DNA from: Methanotrichaceae archaeon
GTDB taxonomy: Archaea > Halobacteriota > Methanosarcinia > Methanotrichales > Methanotrichaceae
Length of the DNA: 64,000 bases
Direction of reading: 5' to 3'
Assembly (NCBI GenBank): GCA_963748825.1
Contig: CAVVKN010000009.1
Location: 160,001 to 224,000, forward strand
Below the pieces are notes generated by a model. That model was not told the origin of the DNA. It saw only the letters and a program-made list of their open reading frames with translations, and searched no databases. Positions 21,355 to 30,820 of this stretch are shown here, piece by piece. Both the position numbers and the translations under genes were made by a program. The number at the start of each line of letters is the position of its first letter. Within the stretch, counting starts at the first letter, position 1.

Positions 21355-22749
21355 ATGATTTACGAGAATAAGGATCAGCTAAAGAAAGGATGCAAATCCA
21401 TACTCGCCTATGACGGCAGTGATGTCCGTGTCTTGAATGAATCCAGGTTTCAGGAAAAGTTGATAGATGATTTAATCTATACGGTCGTTTTCAGTCCAGA
21501 CCCCGCAACTTCGCAGGCCGCAGGGTTTCTGATACGCCGGGGAGCAGCTTCGCTAGGAATCATGCAGGCGTCGATCCAATCCCTTTACGAAGCCATGGGC
21601 CGTAAGGAACTCGGCGGATTTACCGTTCCGGCAATCAATATCCGCGGCATTACCTACGATGTGGCGCAGGCAGTATTTCGCGGCGCGATCAAAGGGAATG
21701 TAGGGCCTGTTCTTTTTGAAATCGCCCGTTCGGAAATAGGCTATACAGAGCAAAGGCCGCTGGAATACACCTGTGCCGTGTTGGCGGCTGCTGTTAAATC
21801 CGGCTGGCGCGGCCCGGTATTTTTACAGGGCGATCATTTTCAGATAAACGCCAAAAAGTTCGCAGCGGACGCGGAAAAGGAAACTCAGACGGTTAAGGAT
21901 TTAATCAGGGAAGCGATTGTTGCCGGTTTTTACAATATCGACATCGATACATCTACACTGGTTGATCTGTCGCAGCCCACCGTCAAAGATCAGCAGAGAA
22001 CAAACTTTACGCTTGCTGCGGAGTTAACCACCATGATTCGCGATCAAGAGCCGGAAGGCATCACTGTGTCTGTGGGCGGCGAAATCGGCGAGGTTGGCGG
22101 CAAGAACAGCACTGTCGATGAATTGCAGGTTTTCATGAACGGTTATCTGGAAGAGCTTAAAAAGCGGGGCGAGGCGTTCAAGGGAATCAGCAAGATCAGC
22201 GTGCAGACCGGGACGACGCATGGCGGTGTGCCGCTGGCCGACGGTACGGTTGCGAAAGTCAAAATTGATTTTGACGTGCTGGCGAAACTGTCGGAAACCT
22301 CCCGTGCGCAATACGGTTTGTCCGGCGCCGTTCAGCACGGCGCTTCAACGCTGCCCGATGAGGCATTTGACCGCTTTCCCGCCACCGGAACGGCCGAGAT
22401 TCATCTGGCTACCGGTTTCCAGAACATGATCTATGACAGCAAAGCTTTCCCGGCGCAGCTGCGGGCAAAGATCTATGATCATCTGAAAGCCGACATGTTA
22501 GACGAATGGAAAGAGAAGGACACGGAAGAGCAGTTCATTTACAAAACCCGCAAGAAAGGCTTTGGACCGTTCAAACTGGAGCTGTGGCACCTGCCGACTG
22601 ATGTCCGCGATAAGATCTGCGCCGAGCTGGAGAGGCAATTCGCCTTTTTATTTGATAAGCTCAAAGTCAACGGCACCCGACCTATCCTGGATCAATTCAT
22701 CAAGCCGGTTGATGTGCCGCTGAAAATGCCCACGGCGCTGAAAGACTGA
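21355..22749 (+). CDS. Class II (metal-dependent) fructose-bisphosphate aldolase family protein, long form
   Basis: VPAINIR, LQGDH, GGEIGEVGG, QTGTTHGG and VQHGAS motifs. Confidence 0.85.
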   Translation: MIYENKDQLKKGCKSILAYDGSDVRVLNESRFQEKLIDDLIYTVVFSPDPATSQAAGFLIRRGAASLGIMQASIQSLYEAMGRKELGGFTVPAINIRGITYDVAQAVFRGAIKGNVGPVLFEIARSEIGYTEQRPLEYTCAVLAAAVKSGWRGPVFLQGDHFQINAKKFAADAEKETQTVKDLIREAIVAGFYNIDIDTSTLVDLSQPTVKDQQRTNFTLAAELTTMIRDQEPEGITVSVGGEIGEVGGKNSTVDELQVFMNGYLEELKKRGEAFKGISKISVQTGTTHGGVPLADGTVAKVKIDFDVLAKLSETSRAQYGLSGAVQHGASTLPDEAFDRFPATGTAEIHLATGFQNMIYDSKAFPAQLRAKIYDHLKADMLDEWKEKDTEEQFIYKTRKKGFGPFKLELWHLPTDVRDKICAELERQFAFLFDKLKVNGTRPILDQFIKPVDVPLKMPTALKD

Positions 22750-22772
22750 AGCAATCGCAGAGTGACGCCATT

Positions 22773-22836
22773 AAGAAAGCGGCTATATTGGAGAAAAGTA
22801 CTGATGTTCCGGAAAATTCTCGGCCGCTTTCTTTTA
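22773..22836 (+). terminator. Inverted repeat followed by a T-tract after the aldolase gene
   Basis: AAGAAAGCGGC (22773-22783) pairs with GCCGCTTTCTT (22823-22833), followed by TTA. Confidence 0.45.
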
Positions 22837-23134
22837 TGAAAATCCACGGCCCTGTCCCAGGTGATAGTCAGATTTAATTTTCGTGTTTCCGTCTATCTGA
22901 AGCTGAATTGGATGCGGGACTCAAAGAACTCCTCGCTATATTCGATAAAGCTGGAAGCTACCCAAAGGGCAGAGGAGCAGATCAAGATCAAATCCCTGGA
23001 TGTATCGAAAAGGAGTATATAAAGTCCAAACACTCAGGACTGCACACGATTAGGCTTAAGACTCAAAAGCCATAATATAACACTTAATAAAGACAATCTG
23101 CGATATTCGCCAAAGGGCATCAGATGGGATTGAG

Positions 23135-24250
23135 ATGACAAAGATAACAATCAGCCTTATAAAGGCCGATGTGGGCGGCTATCCCGGCCACTCCTCGGTC
23201 CATCCCGCATTGATCGAGACTGCGGAGTCGAAACTCGAACAGGCCAAGAAGTCCGGCGCACTGATAGACTTTAGAGTGCTTGCCTGCGGCGATGACCTGG
23301 AGCTTCTCATGAGCCACAAGAAGGGCTGCGACAACGGCGAGGTGCATGCTCTGGCCTGGGAGACCTTCGAAGAGGCCACTGAGGTTGCCAAGAAGCTAAA
23401 GCTCTACGGTGCCGGGCAGGACCTTTTGGCGGACGCCTTTTCCGGCAACATTCGCGGTATGGGACCGGGCGTGGCGGAGATGGAGATCAATGAGCGCACC
23501 AGCGAACCGGTGGTCGCTTTCATGATGGACAAGACCGAGCCAGGGGCCTTCAATCTGCCCATCTTCAAGATGTTCGCCGACCCCTTCAACACCGCCGGCC
23601 TGGTGATAGATCCCGCCTGCCACCACGGCTTCACCTTTGAGGTCTGGGATATTCAGGAGCACAAGAAGGTCTTCATAGACTGTCCTGGAGAGATGTACGA
23701 CCTGCTGGCTCTCATTGGCGCGAAGAGCCGCTATGTGATCAAGAGGATCTTTTGCAAGCCGAACAGCAAGATCTCCGAGCAGGAAGCTGTGGCCGTAGTG
23801 AGCACGGAGAAGCTGTACCAGACAGCGGGAACATACGTTGGCAAAGATGATCCCGTGGCTCTGGTGCGCTGCCAGTCTGGCCTGCCTGCCTTGGGAGAGG
23901 TGCTGGAGCCCTTCGCGCTGGGGCACCTGGTAAGCGGATGGATGCGCGGCAGCCACAACGGCCCCCTCATGCCCTGCTCTTTTGAGACAGCTCATCCCAC
24001 CCGGTTTGACGGCCCGCCCAGAGTTATTGCCGCCGGCTTCCAGATGGCATACGGAAACTTCGTGGGTCCCGTCGATCTCTTCAAAGATGTGGCCTTCGAC
24101 CTGACAAGGCAGAGGTGTCTGGAAATCACTGATTACATGAGGGCGCACGGCCCCTTCGAACCGGCGCGTCTTCCCATGGAGGATATGGAGTACACCACGC
24201 TCCCCCATGTCATGAAAGTCCTGGCGAAAAGGTTTGTGAATGTGGAATAA
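23135..24250 (+). CDS. Bifunctional fructose-1,6-bisphosphate aldolase/phosphatase (class V FBPase)
   Basis: IKADVGG, CGDD, YGAGQDLL, DKTEPGAFN, YVGKDDP, GWMRGSH and MEYTT motifs. Confidence 0.96.
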   Translation: MTKITISLIKADVGGYPGHSSVHPALIETAESKLEQAKKSGALIDFRVLACGDDLELLMSHKKGCDNGEVHALAWETFEEATEVAKKLKLYGAGQDLLADAFSGNIRGMGPGVAEMEINERTSEPVVAFMMDKTEPGAFNLPIFKMFADPFNTAGLVIDPACHHGFTFEVWDIQEHKKVFIDCPGEMYDLLALIGAKSRYVIKRIFCKPNSKISEQEAVAVVSTEKLYQTAGTYVGKDDPVALVRCQSGLPALGEVLEPFALGHLVSGWMRGSHNGPLMPCSFETAHPTRFDGPPRVIAAGFQMAYGNFVGPVDLFKDVAFDLTRQRCLEITDYMRAHGPFEPARLPMEDMEYTTLPHVMKVLAKRFVNVE

Positions 24251-24351
24251 CTGCTTCGCGAACATTATTTTATTTTCATCTAAGAAATTTATTATAATTT
24301 TTGCCAAAGCCAATACAGATCGCAATGATAGGCATGCAACGGGTGAACGTG

Positions 24352-25236
24352 ATGAACCTCCCTGAAAGTGATGTTAGGCTTTTTTTCCGTCTGTATCATT
24401 CATTATTACTTTATGTGAATAACAGATATAAAATTCTGGAAGGCCTGCATCGCCCGATAGATCTTCATAAATTGGATCTCGATGATCTGCAAAAGTTGAA
24501 GGATAGATTGTATGGCTCTCCTGACCTGATCGACTCTTTTGTCAAGGATAATCCGGAGAATCTCGCATCCGGGGAGCTAGAAATTGTATTAACCTGGAAG
24601 AATTTTGTCAGGGGCAGGTTCTATATCGTTCGCCATCTGAAGAATTTCACAGTATTCCTAGATTCTAGCCGTCCACCCAGGGCATATGGGGTACTGGGTA
24701 TTATCTCTTCTCTTGAGGAGATGATGGGTCCAAGTCTGCCGAAAATAGTTACTGCTACTCTCCTTCCGCTTAAAAACCAGATCATATATGACGGAACACT
24801 GTCGTCTTTCAATATCATATTTGGTAGTGGCATACGCAGGAACATCGACGACTCTTATCGCCAGGCTAAAAGCATGGGAATAATTACGACTCTGCCCGTA
24901 TCTTCGGAAGATTTCAAATCGGACGATTCCGAGATACTGAGAGGACATCTAAAAACCGAATATAGCAGGGACGTGCATCATGAGGAAATACGGGAACTAA
25001 TCGGCAAAAATCCCGACCTCATAGTCGTATATTGTGAAGAGATGGGCAAGGTTCATGCGAGAGCTTATAGAAAAAGTTTGAAAGCTGCGGGCATAGTTGA
25101 GGGCTGGTTTGCCCTGATTGATGGGATGATAATTGCCGGTGGAAAAACGCAGGAAGAGGTTGAAAGAATTTTGAAGTCTTTGCTGCCCCCTGAGAAGATA
25201 AAGCTTGTTTACATTTTCCATCTAAACGCGAAATGA
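24352..25236 (+). CDS. Hypothetical protein
   Basis: Long open frame of about 295 aa, AT-richer than its neighbours; no confident motif. Confidence 0.75.
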   Translation: MNLPESDVRLFFRLYHSLLLYVNNRYKILEGLHRPIDLHKLDLDDLQKLKDRLYGSPDLIDSFVKDNPENLASGELEIVLTWKNFVRGRFYIVRHLKNFTVFLDSSRPPRAYGVLGIISSLEEMMGPSLPKIVTATLLPLKNQIIYDGTLSSFNIIFGSGIRRNIDDSYRQAKSMGIITTLPVSSEDFKSDDSEILRGHLKTEYSRDVHHEEIRELIGKNPDLIVVYCEEMGKVHARAYRKSLKAAGIVEGWFALIDGMIIAGGKTQEEVERILKSLLPPEKIKLVYIFHLNAK

Positions 25237-25403
25237 TCCGCCACTTAGCGCGTCTGTCAAGCACAAGCGAAGCACAGAGATAACGACCGTCCAAATTCCT
25301 GATATCTTCCCGCATCAATATCCCAGACCACCAAGCCTGCGGCTTTTATAGTTTGGCTACTAATAGATAAGAAAAGTTATTCTTGCCGGGAGTGGATCAT
25401 GAG

Positions 25404-25919
25404 ATGATAGAGAGCCAGGCTGCAGAAGAGATAGAAGAAGCAGAGGTCAGGCCAGCCCTTGAGCCAGTCGAGAAAGATGCGGCCACGCCAGCGAAGCCCA
25501 GGAAGCTCCGCCGCCTCAAGGTAGCCCATCCCGAGCGCTGCATCGGCTGCCTGGGCTGCATGTTCGCTTGCAGCCGGATTCGTACTGGAACGGTCTCCCT
25601 GCAGAACAGCGCCATCAAGGTGCAGACGCAGGGCGGAATTGAAGGCGACTTTCGCGTGGTGGTCTGCCGCGGATGCAGCGACCCCCCCTGTGCCCGGGCT
25701 TGCCCCACGGGTGCCATGGAGAAGAGGCCGGACGGCAGGGTGGTCTTCCACAAAGAGCTATGCACCGGCTGCGGCAACTGCGAAAAGGCCTGCCTGATAG
25801 GTGCGATCTCTCTTGGCAAGGAGAAAATGCCCATCAAATGCATACACTGCGGTGCCTGCGTGGACTTCTGCCCGCATGGCGTGCTCGAGCTTGAGGAGGT
25901 TCCCGTTTCGGGAGGATGA
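25404..25919 (+). CDS. Polyferredoxin (four [4Fe-4S]) partner subunit of an AOR-family enzyme
   Basis: CIGCLGCMFAC, CRGCSDPPCARACP, CTGCGNCEKAC and CIHCGACVDFCP; the stop overlaps the next gene (ATGA). Confidence 0.9.
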   Translation: MIESQAAEEIEEAEVRPALEPVEKDAATPAKPRKLRRLKVAHPERCIGCLGCMFACSRIRTGTVSLQNSAIKVQTQGGIEGDFRVVVCRGCSDPPCARACPTGAMEKRPDGRVVFHKELCTGCGNCEKACLIGAISLGKEKMPIKCIHCGACVDFCPHGVLELEEVPVSGG

Positions 25920-27658
25920 AAATGCTGCGAAAGGTTTTGTACATCGATCTGTCCAGAGGAGAGTCCTGGGCGGAGGAGAAGCAGGAGCTCTTCGAGAACT
26001 GGATGGGTGGAACGGGCGTGGGAATAAAGCTCCTCCAGGAGGAGTGCCCCGCTGGCACCGACCCGCTCTCGCCCCAGGCGCCCATAATCCTGTCCATCGG
26101 CCCATTGAACGGCATCTTTCCCGTAGCCACCAAGACTGTGGCCACCTTTAAATCGCCCCTTACTGGTGAATTTGGCGAATCCTATGCAGGAGGCAGGCTC
26201 TCTTTAGCCTTGAGGTTTGCCGGGCACGAAGCAGTGGTCATCCGCGGCCAGGCAGAGCAGCCTTCTTACATCTCCATTAACGATTCAGATGTAAAGATCA
26301 AGGATGCCACATCGATCTGGGGCATCGATGCTCAGACGACAGGCGTGATCCTGCGCGATCGCGAGAGCGGCGTAGGTCGCAGGTCTATCATTCGCATCGG
26401 CCCGGCTGGAGAGGCCGGGGTAAGATACGCGGGAGTGGTGGTGGACACCTACCGTCACTTCGGGCGACTGGGCCTTGGCGCGATCTTCGGCTCCAAGAAA
26501 CTCAAAGCCATGGTGATCTCGGGAACGGAGACGATCGATGTTCCGGATATCAAGCGTTACAAAGAGATCTACAATCGGCTCTACAAGACCACGGTGCAGA
26601 CGGATGTCATGGAGAAGTACCATGATCTCGGAACTTCGGTGAACATCAACGTCCTCAACTGGCTCAAGGGACTGCCTACCAAAAACTTCGTTCTATCCAG
26701 CTTTCCGGAAGGCGAAAAGATCAGTGGGGAGATGTTCGCGGAGAACCAGCTCTTCCGCAGGCTCTCATGCGCCGGATGCCCCATCGGTTGTGTGCATATC
26801 GCCTCTCTGAAGACGGCCTTTTCCAAGCATCACGAATTCGAGGTAAGAAAGGTCTCCTACGATTACGAGCCCATCTATTCCCTGGGATCTAACCTTGGTG
26901 TCGGCTCAGCTGACGGAGTCTTGCAGCTGATCGATGTCTGCGAGAGGTTGGGCCTGGATGTCATGTCGGCGGGAGTGGTCCTCTCCTGGGCCACCGAGGC
27001 TCTGGAAAAGGGGCTCATCACCAGCAAAGATACAATGGAGGTGCCGCTGCAGTGGAACGGCGTGGAAGGCTACACAAGAGCATTGGAGAACATAGCCAGG
27101 GCCCCCAATGAGTTCTACGCCGCTCTTGCCCGGGGCGTAGACTATGCCGCGAAAAAGTACGGCGGCGTGGAGTATGCCATGGCGTTAGGAGGTAACGAGG
27201 TCTCCGGTTACCATACCGGTCCTGCCTCCATCGTGGGCCAGTTGGTGGGCGTGCGCCACTCTCATCTGGACAACGGAGGATATGCTATCGACCAGAAGGC
27301 AGTCAAAAAGCCCATGGACGCAGAGACGATGGTCGATGAGATCATCAAAGAGGACAATTCCCGCGGCGTCTTCAACTCCCTGGTGGGCTGTTTGTTCGCC
27401 CGCGGAGTTTACACCGAGGAGAACATCATCGACTCTTTGGGAGCGGTGGGCATCTGGAAGACAAAGGAAGATCTTCAGGAGCTGGGCAAAAGAATCTTCG
27501 AAGAGAAATATAAATTCAAGGTCCAGGAGGGTTTCGACCTCTCCCGCGCCCGCATTCCCAAGAGGTTCTATGAGACAGTCTCTTCCGCGGGATTGGTAAC
27601 GCCTGAAACGGTAGAGGAGATGCTCAGGCTTTACCGGAAGAAGAGAGGCTGGAGCTAG
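25916..27658 (+). CDS. W/Mo aldehyde:ferredoxin oxidoreductase family large subunit (GOR/XOR-like)
   Basis: KSPLTGEFGESYAGG, IGPAGE, RHFGRLGLGAIFGSKKLKA, SCAGCPIGC, DYEPIYSLG, GLDVMSAG and CLF motifs. Family assignment is firm; the subgroup is from recall. Confidence 0.9.
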   Translation: MKMLRKVLYIDLSRGESWAEEKQELFENWMGGTGVGIKLLQEECPAGTDPLSPQAPIILSIGPLNGIFPVATKTVATFKSPLTGEFGESYAGGRLSLALRFAGHEAVVIRGQAEQPSYISINDSDVKIKDATSIWGIDAQTTGVILRDRESGVGRRSIIRIGPAGEAGVRYAGVVVDTYRHFGRLGLGAIFGSKKLKAMVISGTETIDVPDIKRYKEIYNRLYKTTVQTDVMEKYHDLGTSVNINVLNWLKGLPTKNFVLSSFPEGEKISGEMFAENQLFRRLSCAGCPIGCVHIASLKTAFSKHHEFEVRKVSYDYEPIYSLGSNLGVGSADGVLQLIDVCERLGLDVMSAGVVLSWATEALEKGLITSKDTMEVPLQWNGVEGYTRALENIARAPNEFYAALARGVDYAAKKYGGVEYAMALGGNEVSGYHTGPASIVGQLVGVRHSHLDNGGYAIDQKAVKKPMDAETMVDEIIKEDNSRGVFNSLVGCLFARGVYTEENIIDSLGAVGIWKTKEDLQELGKRIFEEKYKFKVQEGFDLSRARIPKRFYETVSSAGLVTPETVEEMLRLYRKKRGWS

Positions 27659-28396
27659 CTACTCTGCGCCGCCTTCCTCGGGCATGGGCATCGCCCTGTC
27701 CTTCTTTTTTGAGGCCTTCGCGGATTTCTTTGCTCCTGTCGCGGCCCTCTTGGGCTCTATTTTCATTTCTTCAGGGGCATTTTCCGGCAGCTCCTTTCTG
27801 CGATCCCTGATCATGCCCTTCCTCTCCATCCTCTCCTTGATCATTCTCTTCACCTCGCCCTCTCCCACTGAGAAGACCTCGCTGATCAGCTCCATGGCCA
27901 CCTCCAGCTCCCGGCCCACCAGCGGATCGCTGGAAGCACACCGGCCTGCCAGATCGCATAGATGATCAAGGGGCTTTTCTACCAGCTCCGATGAGTATTT
28001 GTCCGGCACCTCCCGGTAGATTTTGAGCATTCCAAAGATGTAAGGATAGAGGGGTGTTGCCGGACTTATCCGGTAGAAGGTGTTGGTCTTTTTTTTAGCC
28101 TCATCGCGGGGCGAGGGAAGTATTCGGCGCTCCATGGTGACGATCTCCAGGCGCTCTAGCTTGTCCAGCTTGTTGATGAGAGTGGTCTGGTTCCAGAAGG
28201 GGCCGCCTCCGGTGGGTCCATTCTCCCGCCAGATCTGATTTAGCTGTACGTACCCTCCCTTTCGCTTCAGGTAGATCAAAAGAATGGCCAAAGGAGCTTG
28301 ATCGCGCTGAAGGGCACAATAACGGATGAACTCATCCAACATGCACGTACCTGTTATGTGCAACTCTAAAGCATTTTCGCTTTCTTTACAAAGCAT
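27659..28396 (-). CDS. Hypothetical protein, possible winged-HTH with a basic tail
   Basis: TTLINKLDKLERLEIV...TFYRIS pattern and a Lys/Ala-rich C-terminus. The start is uncertain. Confidence 0.6.
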   Translation of the reverse strand: MLCKESENALELHITGTCMLDEFIRYCALQRDQAPLAILLIYLKRKGGYVQLNQIWRENGPTGGGPFWNQTTLINKLDKLERLEIVTMERRILPSPRDEAKKKTNTFYRISPATPLYPYIFGMLKIYREVPDKYSSELVEKPLDHLCDLAGRCASSDPLVGRELEVAMELISEVFSVGEGEVKRMIKERMERKGMIRDRRKELPENAPEEMKIEPKRAATGAKKSAKASKKKDRAMPMPEEGGAE

Positions 28397-28434
28397 TTTT
28401 ATGCCTTTGTCTCCCTCCGCTCAAGGGAGTCACA

Positions 28435-29640
28435 ATGCAAGCCATAGTCCTAGCCGCAGGCGAGGGAAGCCGCATGCGCCCCTTGACCACGAAGATGCCC
28501 AAGGTGATGCTGCCCGTAGCCGGCAAGCCTCTGTTAGAGCATATAATCCTGCGCACTCATGCCGCAGGCGCGGACCGTTTCGTGCTGGTGGTAGGATACG
28601 GGGCCGAAAGTGTGCGCTCGTACTTCGGAGACGGCAGCCTTCTGGGCTTAAATATAAACTACGTGGTCCAGGATAAGCAACTAGGCACCGGCCACGCCCT
28701 GATGACTGCCGAGAGCCTGGCAGAGGATCGCTTCCTGGTTTTAAACGGTGATGTGCTGCCTGATGTGCAGTCGCTGCTGGAGATGGCCCGCGGAGACGCG
28801 GCCGTCTCTGCCATCAAGGTCGACGATCCAAAAAGATATGGAGTTTTCACAGAGGAGAACGGTTACTTCAAATCCGTGGTCGAGAAGAGTGCCAATCCCC
28901 CCTCCAACCTGGCCAATGCCGGCATCTACCTTTTAGAGAGAAGCATCTTCGATATCCTGCGAGCAGTACCTCTGTCCGAGCGAGGCGAGTATGAGCTGAC
29001 CGATGGGCTCAACCTGCTCGCCGCCAGAGAAAAGATCAGGATAGTGGAAAATAAAAGCTGGCTGGAGATCGGCAGGCCCTGGGATATTCTGGCCGCCAAC
29101 GAAATCATGCTCCCGGATATCGAGCCCTGCATCTTAGGCGAGGTTGAGCCTGGCGCGAATTTGTTGGGCAACGTATCCTTGGGCCGGGGCAGCATCGTGC
29201 GCTCCGGAGCCTACATCGTGGGCCCGGTTTTGATCGGAGAGGACTGCGACATCGGACCCAACTGCTACATCCGGCCCGCTACCTGCCTGGGGGACAACGT
29301 ACGGGTGGGAAACGCAGTGGAGGTCAAAAACAGCGCCATCATGAGCGGTAGCAAGATAGGGCACCTCTCCTACGTGGGAGACAGCGTTATCGGAGAGAGG
29401 TGCAACTTCGGAGCAGGAACCGTATGCTCCAATTTGCGCCATGACAAAGGCAACATAAAATCGTTCGTCAAAGGCGAACGAATGGATAGCGGCAGGCGCA
29501 AATTGGGCGTGATCATGGGAGACAATGTCATGACCGGGATCAATACCTCGATCTACCCCGGCACAGTCATCGAATCGGGGTTCCGGGGACTGCCGGCTGC
29601 TATTCACAAGGACCTGGTCTTTTTTAAAAGAGAAGGCTGA
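28435..29640 (+). CDS. glmU: Archaeal GlmU-like sugar-1-phosphate nucleotidyltransferase/acetyltransferase
   Basis: LAAGEGSRMRPLT, LGTGHA, RGEYELTD, hexapeptide repeats and HLSYVGDS. Confidence 0.9.
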   Translation: MQAIVLAAGEGSRMRPLTTKMPKVMLPVAGKPLLEHIILRTHAAGADRFVLVVGYGAESVRSYFGDGSLLGLNINYVVQDKQLGTGHALMTAESLAEDRFLVLNGDVLPDVQSLLEMARGDAAVSAIKVDDPKRYGVFTEENGYFKSVVEKSANPPSNLANAGIYLLERSIFDILRAVPLSERGEYELTDGLNLLAAREKIRIVENKSWLEIGRPWDILAANEIMLPDIEPCILGEVEPGANLLGNVSLGRGSIVRSGAYIVGPVLIGEDCDIGPNCYIRPATCLGDNVRVGNAVEVKNSAIMSGSKIGHLSYVGDSVIGERCNFGAGTVCSNLRHDKGNIKSFVKGERMDSGRRKLGVIMGDNVMTGINTSIYPGTVIESGFRGLPAAIHKDLVFFKREG

Positions 29641-29717
29641 TTACAACAAACCTTTTCAAGGCAAAGGATGAGCATAGAAATGGTAATGATGAAGATCACA
29701 GCTTTGAGGAGAACTTG

Positions 29718-30818
29718 ATGAGAGATTTTATTCCCATAGCCAAGCCAATCATAGGCGATGAAGAGATAAAAGCTGTAGGAGATGTGCTGAAAAGCGGCAT
29801 GCTCGCCCAGGGCGAGAGCGTCAAGCGCTTTGAAGATGAATTCTCTAGCTACCTGGGCGTGGAAAATGCCATAGCCGTAAACAACGGCACCGTCGCCCTG
29901 AATCTAGCCATCAAAGCCCTGGGGTTGAAGCCAGGAGACGAGGTCATAACGCCCGCCTTCACCTTCATTGCTACTGCAAACTGCGCCCTCTATGAAGGCC
30001 TGCGCCCTGTCTTCGCAGATGTGGACCCGAGGACTTTCAATATCGATCCCGATGATCTGCAAAAGAGAATAACACCCCGCACCAGGGCCGTGATCGGCGT
30101 TCACCTTTACGGCCAGCCTTTCGACCTGTCCGCGGTACAGGAGATCTGCCAGGATGGGGCAATTGCTCTGATAGAGGACTGCGCTCAGGCCCATGGAGCG
30201 GAATTTCAGGGCAAGAAGGTGGGCTCATTTGGTACCGGCTGCTTCTCCTTCTACCCCACCAAGAACATGACCACAGGCGAAGGGGGCATGATCACCACCA
30301 ATGATGATGCTCTGGCAGCACGTCTGCGTCTGCTGAGAAGCCACGGAGACACAGGAAAGTACAACCACGCCACATTAGGCTACAATTACAGGATGATGAA
30401 TCTGCAAGGGGCCCTTGGCCTGGTGCAGCTACGGCGACTGGAGGAGTTCACGGCCAAGAGGATCAGCAATGCTGCGTTTCTAAACGATAATATCAAGATC
30501 AAGGGCATCAGCACCCCTTACCAGGCGAATAACGTCCGGCACGTCTATCATCAGTATGTGGTGCGGGTGGAGGACAGTTTTGCCTCTTCCCGGGAGAAGC
30601 TGATGGAGTATCTTCAGGCCAAAGGGATCGGAAGCGCCGTTCACTATCCCAAGGCGGTTTATGAGCAGCCCCTCTACCGGGAGCTGGGCTATACGAATGA
30701 AAGTTGTCCCGTATCCGAAGACGTCTCCCGCAAGGTGTTGAGCCTACCTGTGCATCCCTCTCTCACCGAGGAGGACTTGGCATACATCGCCAAGACCATT
30801 AATTCCTTCGAGGCCTGA
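29718..30818 (+). CDS. DegT/DnrJ/EryC1/StrS aminotransferase (WbpE-like)
   Basis: EDCAQAHGA and SFYPTKNMTTGEGG motifs. Confidence 0.92.
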   Translation: MRDFIPIAKPIIGDEEIKAVGDVLKSGMLAQGESVKRFEDEFSSYLGVENAIAVNNGTVALNLAIKALGLKPGDEVITPAFTFIATANCALYEGLRPVFADVDPRTFNIDPDDLQKRITPRTRAVIGVHLYGQPFDLSAVQEICQDGAIALIEDCAQAHGAEFQGKKVGSFGTGCFSFYPTKNMTTGEGGMITTNDDALAARLRLLRSHGDTGKYNHATLGYNYRMMNLQGALGLVQLRRLEEFTAKRISNAAFLNDNIKIKGISTPYQANNVRHVYHQYVVRVEDSFASSREKLMEYLQAKGIGSAVHYPKAVYEQPLYRELGYTNESCPVSEDVSRKVLSLPVHPSLTEEDLAYIAKTINSFEA

Positions 30819-30820
30819 GC

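Noticed and set aside
22840-23080. Short open frames between the aldolase and FBPA/P
   Set aside because: No convincing start, RBS or recognisable motif.
23396-24325. Long antisense ORFs (also 1701..2471, 6007..6774, 11283..12029, 39614..40567, 60935..61741)
   Set aside because: These are shadow frames opposite well-supported genes, expected at this GC and codon bias.
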